NCBI GenBank assembly: GCA_000934665.2
Contig: KZ539074.1
Coordinates: 58,107-78,106, forward strand
DNA: 20,000 nt
Direction: 5' to 3'
DNA from: Catajapyx aquilonaris
Taxonomy: Eukaryota
Made by a program: the position numbers and the translations under genes. Below, in pieces: positions 1-9,248 of this stretch; position 1 is the stretch's first letter; every line of letters begins with the position of its first letter. Below the pieces are notes generated by a model. It saw only the letters and a program-made list of their open reading frames with translations. It was not told the DNA's origin and made no database searches.

Positions 1-117
1 TGCCAATCATTACGAATCATATCGTTTGCCATCACAATACATACGTACACTGTACAAGCTGCTGGTGCAATACACATTCAACAAGTAGGTTTATTGGTTT
101 CACTCGACTAATTCCAG

Positions 118-640
118 AAGCGAAACGCTGCCGATCGGACAGTCCAGACGTGGAAAGCCACGACCATCCAGGCAGTCGTTCCAGCTCCCCTGGAGAGGAC
201 CTGTCCGGCGACCACCCCGACACCCTCCTGGATGCGACTCTCCCCCAGCCAACATCAGTCACAGCGGATCCCCCTCCGCCAACTGGTCCAGTCGACGGCC
301 AAGACCCGGACCTGGAGCCGGAGACCGAAGCCTGCGACACCGACGACGACACCGGAAAAGAGAGTCCCTCCGAGAGCAGCTACTCCGAAGACGCCTTCTC
401 CGGTCCGCAGAACCTGTCCCTGCCAAAGAGCTCCCCGCTGACCCCCCTAGCGCTGACCCAGGCCGCGCTTGCTGGAGCCATCAGCAGGGCCCACTCTCCA
501 GGAGGGGGTCATCGCGGGTCCAGGTCACCCGTGGACACTCTCATGCGCGTGTTCCCGATGCGACGTCGCCAAGACGTGGAGGCGGCGTTCAACCGGTGCG
601 GAGGGGATGTATTGGTGGCCATCGAGCAGCTGCTGCATGG
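118..640 (+). CDS. dmrt93B: Internal coding exon of a DMRT-family transcription factor (Dmrt93B/DMRTA-like): acidic/Ser-Pro linker plus DMA domain
   Basis: Acceptor ttccAG at 116-117 (tandem alternative AG at 119-120) and donor GG|GTATGT after 640. The open frame (that of ORF 150..869) reads AKRCRSDSPDVESHDH...RSPVDTLMRVFPMRRRQDVEAAFNRCGGDVLVAIEQLLHG. GC content rises sharply relative to the flanks. The subfamily call rests on my recollection of the Dmrt93B DMA domain and was not searched, so it is less certain than the family call. Confidence 0.88.
525..638 (+). other. DMA domain (DMRTA motif, UBA/CUE-like) coding segment
   Basis: SPVDTLMRVFPMRRRQDVEAAFNRCGGDVLVAIEQLLH fits the DMA pattern P-[IV]-D-x-L-x-R-[VI]-F-P...C-x-G-D-[VL]-[VL]-x-A-I-E-x-x-L found in DMRT3/4/5, Dmrt93B and Dmrt99B. 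Confidence 0.92.
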
Positions 641-1144
641 GTATGTCCATTGCATCTTGTCCTTTGAGTTTCCCGATGCATTGTTGTTCATAAAGCTGGG
701 GTACACGGACGGCGCGCGTTGTCTTTGGATCATTTTTAATTACTTGCCCGAGTCCTTGACATTACGTGAATCGCTCTGCATGGATGTCAATTACAACGAC
801 TCAAAGACAATTACGCCCATAATGAACCCCGATTCAGTTACAAAAATCTTTACATCGCATTACAAATAAAGTGAACTTGATCACTTTGGATTTGTCTATT
901 CCTGCCTTTAGTGGAGATGTGTGTTATATTAAGCTTGGTGGGGACATAGTTTCAGCAGTTGGCTGTAGTGGCTTCAGGTAACCTCTCCCCTCTAAGGCGG
1001 AAATAGGTGGGTCCGATTGACGTTGCGCAATTTTCGACACCACATTTGGGCGTACACAGTAGGGCTGTGATCAGGCTTGCAAGGTTTAATCCAGCACACT
1101 ATATGTTGCTCCTATATAGTGACCAAGAACACCTCAATTTCCAG
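641..1144 (+). other. Phase-2 GT-AG intron of the DMRT gene
   Basis: GTATGT at 641 and ctcaatttccAG ending at 1144 (alternative CAG ending at 1147). This acceptor pair joins the split codon GG|C into the long His/Gln/Ala/Pro frame. The AGs ending at 1094, 1119 and 1127 do not. The intron is AT-richer than both exons. Confidence 0.75.
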
Positions 1145-1793
1145 CAGCGACTCCGAGGGCAACACTCAAAACAGCGTGACCTCTCGCCCCCTGGTCACCA
1201 AGCTTGGACTGCCCGATTCCCCCGCCCCTTCGGTCCCCCGCTTCTCTCCCAGCCCTCCCCTGCACCACCACCACCACCACCACCATCAGCCTCAGCAGCC
1301 GCAGCAGCAACCGCAGCCGCAGCAGCAGCAGCAGCAGTCGCACGACAAGAGTCCCTTCTCTGCCCTCCTGGGTCCCTCCTTCCTGTCGCAGGCCAACCGC
1401 CTGGGCAACGCTGCGGCGGTGGCTGCGGCGGCCGCGGCTGCCGCTGCGGCTGCCCACTGCGGCCAGCAGCAGCGTCGCTTCCTGGGCCTGCCCCCTCACC
1501 ACTATGGGGTTTGCCCCCCGGATTTTGGCTATGGACCTCCTCTGCCTTTGGTGGGGCTGGCTGGGACCGCTGGGCCGCCCCCTTCAACCACCCAGTCAAA
1601 CCACCACCCCCACCATCACCACCCAGCTCCCCCACCGCCCCCTCCCCCTCCCCCGCCTCCTCCGCCCCTTCCTCCGCCACCCCCGTCCAATAACAACAGT
1701 ACGGCGACCACCGAAGGACTGAACGGCGACAGCAGAGACGGGGGTTCCCCTGCATCCGCCAACGGATCCGACAAAGCCTCGTACTCGGAGTAA
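1145..1793 (+). CDS. dmrt93B: Terminal coding exon of the DMRT gene: low-complexity C-terminal region, stop TAA at 1791-1793
   Basis: Frame of ORF 1077..1793: SDSEGNTQNSV...HHHHHHHHQPQQ...KSPFSALLG...AAAVAAAAAAAAAAA...QRRFLGLPPHHYG...PPPP...DKASYSE*. The high GC ends exactly at the stop. Homopolymer tracts are typical of developmental transcription factors. Confidence 0.82.
1263..1337 (+). repeat. Coding trinucleotide repeats: (CAC)7CAT poly-His followed by a CAG-rich Gln/Pro tract ending in (CAG)6
   Basis: Read directly: CAC x7 at 1263-1283 and CAG x6 at 1320-1337. Confidence 0.95.
1410..1454 (+). repeat. Poly-alanine tract (AAAV + 11 Ala) in mixed GCN codons
   Basis: gctgcggcggtggctgcggcggccgcggctgccgctgcggctgcc. 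The synonymous codon mixing supports this as the protein-coding frame. Confidence 0.9.
1629..1685 (+). repeat. Poly-proline tract in mixed CCN codons
   Basis: PPPPPPPPPPPPPLPPPPP in the 1077..1793 frame. Confidence 0.9.
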
Positions 1794-2740
1794 CACCCTC
1801 ATGGTAACATATGAATGCATCGTCTGCACCATCAATGCTGGACAGTGATGTTGGTACAATGTCTCAAAGTCAGAAGTGATACACTGTATAAAATGTAACA
1901 TGTTTACATGCCATCAATTCGAAATCTCATGGCAATGTCTGTTGTTATACGCAAAGGCGAAACAATCCATACAAGAATCGCTGGCACATCTGCAACGATG
2001 TGATGCGTTGTCATTTTAATTATGCAGCTTTAAAAAATATTGCAGTGGATGACATAAACAAAATTTCTTCGGAGAATTGAAATTACATTTTTTATTTAGA
2101 CTTTCCATTTCGAGAGCGGAAGTTGCTGAGGATATTATACGCATCGTTTCATGTAGTCTATGACTTACAAGAAATGATCAATTCAAAAATATCTGGAAAT
2201 AAGTGTGCTACTCGTTACCACTTGCTTGTGAATAACGCGCCAGCTTTCCTCACTGCAAAAAGTATAACTGGCTTAGAGCTCAATATCCGTCTGCGTAATA
2301 AGCGATTGACTACGTCGCAGTGACGAGGTACAATATTAGCTGTCAATAACTTTATGTGTCCGTATACTCAATGTAGTTGATGCCACGTAAGGTGATCTAA
2401 ACAATCTCCGGTGGATAAAAGTACGCAATGTTCGCCTTGGATGTTCCCCCTCACGCAATGGAACGTGTATAAGAGTAGAATATGTATAGTGAGAAAGAAA
2501 TTTCCCGGTGTCACATGAAGATAGTTATAAATTGTTAGTAGTTGGAATGGAAATCACATTTTATATCAGACTGTTACGAGCCATCTTTTATAAATCATAC
2601 CATTCCAGTTGTCGATTATTTAAAAAAATTGTAGGAATGACTGTGGTAGGCAAAACGACCTCATTCGCTAATAGTCGTCGTGTGCAGTGAAAGCACACGG
2701 CCATATTAATGTGTAACCATGTCGGCAGGTGTAAAATAAA
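1794..2740 (+). other. Probable 3' UTR of the DMRT gene with a candidate poly(A) signal AATAAA at 2735-2740
   Basis: AT-rich sequence after the stop. The first AATAAA I find downstream is at 2735-2740, followed by U-rich tcattttattt near 2761. The true transcript end cannot be verified here. Confidence 0.45.
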
Positions 2741-4768
2741 TGTATATGCAAAACCTATACTCATTTTATTTAACTAAATCTCCCAAATTCCGATCAAGGG
2801 GGTAGAAGCAGCATCAACATCAGAGTCGGATCCAGTTTCAGGTAACTTTTATTTGGAAGTAGGGGACTGTTTCTTCCGGAAGAGTCGAGACTCGAGAGAT
2901 TGGTTTTTCAGGGTGATGCCGCCGATGCGTAATTCGTTCCCTGCTCGTTCCCTCCGGGGAAACATTGCAACTGATACCTGAACCAGAAGCTTCGAGACCC
3001 GTCGGTCCGATTGGAAACAAGACTACTTGTCCCTATAGTGGAAAGAGGCAATTTTGTACGCCACTTCAATGTCCGACAAGCGACGAACCACTTCACTTTC
3101 AGGCCTTCTCTTTCTCTCTCTTCGAATTCCTACTGGATGATACGACGTCTCGAACCACAACAGAATAAAGAGAGCATACAATTGTATGCGCCTCCAGTTG
3201 TATTTACGTACACTACTTGTACAGTACGTACTGGACATCCGGAATTTTAAGAGGATGTACTCTACTAATAGGGTCTACAGCGCCAAGAACAACTGATAAG
3301 TGATAACCAATAGTATCAACCACCACTTGAAATAAACCTTTTGACATCAGCAGGTAGTCATCACATTCCTTGCTGCTGTGTAGACTCTCATGATGTTTTA
3401 AATGGCTTGACACTTGACTGATCATTTTATAAATTACAAAATTATTAAAGTCATGAAAGATGTATAGTTATGCCGAGTTGTTTTACTTTAATGGGTTGGT
3501 CATCCGCTTGATTCGATTTCCTTGACCGATCAGTGTTTACAGGATTACAGCGAGGCCACATAAGAAAATCCCCATGAAAATGTCCCCTGACTCCAGCCAA
3601 TCACACAATCCCGTTACTGTGCACAACTGTAAATTCATCGCCTCTCTATGTGCCCCCGCAACTGTTATTTCAACCTGGGGAAGCCCCCTTTGGCCATAAA
3701 GTGAGTTAATCGACAATGCTTCCTTTGTTCCCCCTGGCAAACGCAGCATCGGCCCCGGCTGCTGATGTTGGCGGATAGTGAAACCCCAGCACTTTCCTTT
3801 TTCCTGGCAACAAATCAGGTAATTTGGTAGGGGGCTAGCTAGCCTGTGGCCGTGTCTCTTATTCTGTGCAGCAACCCTCACCAGCAAGGCTTCAACGGCC
3901 GCCGGCTCGGATTCCTTCTCCCTGTCATCCGCGAAAATTATGCAGAAGCCCACAAAGTACTGTGACATTAGCAGAAGGCTATTTCATACTGAATGGGTTT
4001 AATGCATTCACGTTTGAAGAATAGGGCGCATTGGGGGGATAACCGTAGCCTGTGCGTGAATAATAATGCCGCGCATGAATAGGTGGCCCATTAGCAAACT
4101 TTTCATATTTCCAAGTATTCCTCATTGACAGCGCAAATGCCCGGCTTCATGACCGTATCATGCTGGGCTGAGCCTCTGGACGGACCTCGTTATTACCGGT
4201 CACATCTCTGCCATTTTCTAGTACCCTCTTTTTTATTGGCCAGCTGCTTTTCATCCTACTGTTAGTGTTTTTAAGCATTGCGGATGTCATGCCGACATGC
4301 GGATAAGTTACGCCAAGTCACGGTAAGCCATAAACTAATCAGCTAATAGTGTGACATGTTATGTTCAGGTTGGAACTAACTGAATAAGTTTGACAGAGGA
4401 AACTTAACACGTATTTTGTAAACACATTTAACTAACATGTAAAGCTTATTGATATAATTATGTAGGCAACAACTCAGAAGAACAGTTGTTGGTGTATTTA
4501 GTTGCTAGAACAAAATCTTCCACCTTTCAGGAAATTATATCCTTATCATTCAGATTTTCACATGCGGATACGTATATGCTTTTTACCCTCATTTCCGTTA
4601 ATATAATAATCACTCACCATTACACAGAAGCCTGTCATTCATGGCAAAACAGTCTCCAACGCCGCCTTCACCAACATCCTCACCTTAACTGCCTTGACTT
4701 CTCCAATAACAAAACTTTATTAGAACTCTCATGAACGCAATGACAGTCGTACTTTTGGGGGCCCATAC

Positions 4769-4849
4769 AATATACAGTACCGGTAGCAAAATAGGACACC
4801 TTTTCTACCACCATTCCTTTCATTGACAGTTTAATTGGTACTGTATATT
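4769..4849. mobile_element. Very short inverted-repeat element, possible Tc1/mariner-type deletion relic
   Basis: Perfect 13-bp inverted repeat aatatacagtacc (4769-4781) / ggtactgtatatt (4837-4849) around a 55-bp spacer. The TA-CAGTA...TACTG-TA ends resemble Tc1/mariner termini. Confidence 0.45.
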
Positions 4850-7241
4850 TCAAGCCATTATCTGTGCCAAGAAACACAACGCAGCACCCTTTACGTAAAA
4901 CCTCAATTAATAAAACCGATTTACTGAGCAGAATTATTAATAATGCTCAATGAACTAATGACCGGCGGGATAGCAAACAAAAATATTAGGCTTCTTATAC
5001 TTCACAACATTTCCTGCACATACGCCATCAAAATATTCCTGAAGCTTAATACAGTAATGATACAATCTCCAGCACACTTGTAAATGAACACTCGAGCACA
5101 ACAATCCTTATCAATTGATCGCAACGCATGTTCTAATCTCATTTCTAATACACCCTTTCCTTTTTAGCCATCAATCCTTTGAAAGTTCAGCCCAATTTTT
5201 CATTCTCCTTTTTATCCAAGCCTGCTGATAAGTGGCTACCCTTTCGCCAGCAGATATCCGGATGCAAGTTTCCTAAATATTGCTCGGGGGATATCGTGAC
5301 GCAACTGTCAAAGACACTGCCATCTGACCCAAAACAGGGAGTGTGACAAGGGAGGGTGTCAGTATATTGGGCCCCCTCAGAAAAAAGAAAAAAAAAGGAT
5401 CGGGCGGGACATATCTTTCTGTGGGGGAGAAAAAGGGGTTGGAACCCTAACTATATGTGCCTCAGTCAGACGATAGGGCATATGGGTTGCTGGTGTCGAG
5501 GATGATGACTATACGAGAAGGGGGTGAAGGGGACCTGCGATCGAGTCAAAGCCAAAAGACCTCTCCATCCGGATTTTATTCGCAACAAGAATGATTCACT
5601 TTACCGGGGTTAGGCCCCCGCGCTCTCGCCATATTGATTTGACAGGTCTATTTAGCATCTTGGGAGGCTCGATTTCAAATGGTAATGAATTCCTCTCCTC
5701 TTCACTCCGGTACGCTAACCTCGTCTAAACTGTAATCAATTGTGTTCTATTCGCCGTGTAATAAAATTGGCACGCCGAGAAGGAGGACTAAAGGGCGGGA
5801 TTGTGTACATTTTAATTAGACGGGCTCGATCTCATTAACCCAGCCCAGCGCCGAGATTATTAAGTTGGTGGGGGGACTGGTGGTGAGGCTTTAGAAAATC
5901 GACGCGCGAAGAGGGGACAAGGGGGGTGGCGGTGGTGGCAAGGGGGAGGCAGGAGGGCAAGCAATATAAAATTCTTTTTCAGAGAAAAAAAATTTGTCCA
6001 GAAATTTTTTGGCTGAGCAAGTTTCTTCTGATTGTCGTCATATCTTTGAAGAAGATGGTCACTTTTCTTGAAATAAAAAATCATTCATCAACAGTTCAAT
6101 CCGGTTCAATCAGTCAAGATCTTCATTTGGAGAGTCAGATGAGGGTTGGGCAAGGAGGGATTGAAATATTGATAAAAGAGCGGGTTGAAGTGGATTTTAT
6201 ATATATAACCCCCCCCAGCAGATTCATAAGGTGGACTGGATGAAGGGGGCAGTACCGCTGCAATAAGTGTTGTTATGGCGACACAAATTAATTAGGGACG
6301 CGAGTGACCATTTCTACTTGGGGAATGGGGGAGTGGCTCATCTCCACTCCAGGCCTCTGCACAATTGTGAGGCGGGTTTACAGGCCCAGGCGGGCGTGGA
6401 GAGGGGCTATTCTAGTGGAGACTAGAGGTCAATTGCAAAGCTGCATGCGCCAATTTCCATGTGGCGACCAAGTGGAAAAGCTGTTTGTGGGGGGGAGTGG
6501 AAGGGAAAGGAGGCAAAGGGGGGGAAATAAGCTGGTGTAAATTGGGAGGGCGAGAGAGAAGGGGTTTGGTTGCGGCCTGCTGAATTGGGTTTGGTTGGAT
6601 GCTGCTGCCTGATGCTTGGCTCTCGCTCTCTCCGTTGCTTCAGCCCTGGCCTAAACCTAAGCCGTCATCATCATCATCACTCCTGCACATGGGCACCGGA
6701 TTTTCATTTCATACACATGCCACATTCATTTGCATGTCCGGGGGAAAGAGAGTTGGAGGGAAAAAAAAGTTTGAGGAGAATGCGGGGTGCTAAAACTATA
6801 CGTGTGTTTGTACTTACTCCCTCTTGTGTGGAGCATCGTGTACTTTTGGATTCACCACCAGAAAATGAGTGTATGGAAATGTGCGAATTGAAGCGCCGTA
6901 TTAGAAAAACACTTTGCTTAAAATATGAAAAGTGGTGCAATTGAAGGACTTTGCAAACATTTTGTGCGTGTGCTGAACCCGGCCTCTCTCCATGCACACA
7001 CCTCTGTACAGCCCGCAAATGTTTAGCAAACGCGGTGAAGGTAAAGCACTGTTTGAACACAACTTATTTAATGACACATATTCTCTAACATTTCTGATTT
7101 AGCGGAAGGTTATTAGGCTCATTTCTGATATGAAGACGGAACAGAGAGATGCCACAATAACAGGGGTAAAATACTCTATCAAATTGATAGATTATTGCTT
7201 TTCTTTAGAATATGATTATTATAAGGTTCCATCGATGTCTC

Positions 7242-7408
7242 TACAGGATGATCCAAAAGACTTGTCCGACTAATAGATAGCTCTTGGCACCAAGCAATTT
7301 TTTTAAGGAGTCACTTTTGCATAGTTATACTTTTAGTGGTTATCAAAAGTATTAGCTACTAAATTACTATACAGTATTAGCCGAACAAATCCCTTGCATC
7401 ACCCTGTA
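7242..7408. mobile_element. Tc1/mariner-type MITE (163 bp, 7244-7406) with TA target-site duplication
   Basis: Left end tacaggatgatccaaaagacttgtccgactaata (7242-7275) versus the reverse complement of 7375-7408, tacagggtgatgcaagggatttgttcggctaata: 27/34 identical without gaps. TA-CAGGGTG is a common Tc1/mariner terminus. Confidence 0.75.
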
Positions 7409-8095
7409 TCTTCAACCAGTACCATCGCTAATAAATAGATTATCACCCATAGTCACATATGCCAAGCTGTTAGCATTTTATTCCTGCATAACTATAACCA
7501 TTTTGTATTAAGAGTCATGTTGAAATTAACCAGGTTTACATATAGTTCACCCTATATACACAGTTTTGATAGACCATATACATCTTATAGAAAGCTTGTT
7601 GCTCATCCAAGAACTGTTCACCGTTGTAAAGCCCCCTCTTTCTCCTGAGTTTCTAAAAACGTTTCCAAGTGAAACTCCACTCGCAACGTAACACGACCCC
7701 CCTCCATTTTTTTACACACTTATCTGAGAAAACAAGGCAAAGTACATATTTTCTTTCGTCCGAAAGCAAACGCTTCCTACTGATGAGGAATTCCGTGGCG
7801 TGGGCATCATCTGCACCTATATACCAGCTAAAGACGAGAGAGCGAGACACTACAAGTCCCCGTTGTCTCCTGTGGAGGAGTCTGCGCGATCACGGAGCAG
7901 GTATTTGAGCAAAGTCCTCTCTCCCTAAGAGAATGCTGGGAGGATGAAGAAGGGGGGGAGGGGGGGGGACCCTTAATCCAGTGCCGTCGCGCCGACACAT
8001 TTAGCTAATGACACGGCAAACACACCTCCTTGGATACAGTTGGAGGCGTTTTGAGCAGGTGTCTTTGCATGGCTAATGCAAGGTGGCTGGGGCTG

Positions 8096-8141
8096 GAGAG
8101 AGATATAGAGAGAAGAGAGAGAGANGGGGGGGGGGGGGGGG
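8096..8141. repeat. Imperfect (GA)n microsatellite joined to a G16 run, with an ambiguous base N at 8125
   Basis: Read directly from the sequence. Confidence 0.9.
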
Positions 8142-8321
8142 ACCACTCTCAATATTCCTGGTGCATAAAACAGAAACCTTTATGCATTAATATAAACATA
8201 ATCCGACACATCGCATAGAGCACGGACAGAAAAGAAGTACAATGAATGGACATAGGGCAACTATTATACATAACCATTAAATATATAACCAAAAAATAAG
8301 AATTAATGACGTTTAATCACA

Positions 8322-9248
8322 TACCGCAAGGGGGTACCGCAAGGGGAGTGACTTGCGACAATTTTTGAGGTTTCTATATAGTATCAGCAGAAACGGTTTC
8401 ATGTTTTTCCGATAACTGTCTTATTGAGGTTTGTACCCTCATCCTTCATCTGCATATCCATGTGCAATCATATCGATAATTATCCGTCACTAAAACATTC
8501 ACGTTTACATTTGTCACAACGTCACCCCACAATGCGGGGTGACTTTGTGGCAGTGGCTATTAGAAACTGTAACAAAATTACCCCACAAAACTCTTTATTT
8601 TAGACAAATCTTCGTCTTTATAATGATACCGTACATTATTTTATAATATTGATCATTTATAATGTAATATTATGGGGAAAAAATGTCACTTTTGGTCTTT
8701 TAGTTCAAGTCCTTAACTTCGTAAAGTTCTCGGTGGCTGATATCTTTGGTTTTTCATATGGATGTCAGGATGTGTATAATTTCGAGTGGTACAGTACCTG
8801 GTACGGTACCAGGGCACATGTCAAAACAATAAATAATAACTTTATGACAAGTTGATGCTGTCACAAAGCCACCCCGCAAAAGTACGAAAATCATCCCACA
8901 CCCTCGTATCTCCTACAAATCAAGTTCAATCTTGCATCATGCTATATCATATCTTAGCCAATGAATTTGTCTTCAAAATAAGCTACATGTTTTACTCTGA
9001 TCGCAATTATGCGAGTCGCTATTATGGAAAGTTATCGGAAGAAGAGCCAACAATCCTCGCAGTTTGCAAACTTGGAATGTCACCACCAACAATTCGCGTG
9101 GTGTAGGAGCTTTCCAAGCTGGCTACTAGGTAGCACAACATTCGCAGCCATCTACTGCAGCTTGTTTCAATAAAAAAATTCTAGTAAAATAATAGCGACG
9201 CAAGAATTGAAAAACTGAATTGTCACAAATTCATCCCCCCTTACGGTA
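8322..9248. mobile_element. Non-autonomous TIR DNA transposon (~0.9 kb, pogo/Tc1-mariner-like) with internal copies of the TIR motif
   Basis: Left end taccgcaaggggagtgacttgcgacaatt (8335-8363) matches, imperfectly, the reverse complement of the right end (to 9248), taccgtaaggggggatgaatttgtgacaatt. Both ends start with TA. The same GGGGTGACTTTGTGACA-like motif recurs at 8512-8528 (-), 8536-8552 (+) and 8858-8878 (-). The interior is AT-rich with no transposase ORF. Confidence 0.72.

Noticed and set aside
150..869. ORF 150..869 as a stand-alone single-exon gene
   Set aside because: It starts at a GTG inside an exon that is open further upstream and lacks the DM domain. It is better explained as an internal exon plus intron read-through.
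1134..1901. Minus-strand ORFs (1134..1502, 1195..1755, 1596..1901) and + ORF 1204..1722
   Set aside because: Shadows of the GC-rich, repeat-rich DMRT exon, with no independent domain or splice evidence.
2790..3260. CpG-containing block with five short overlapping ORFs and a CAG|GTAACT donor-like site near 2841
   Set aside because: No recognisable protein motif in any frame and frequent stops. It cannot be called an exon or pseudogene without a search.
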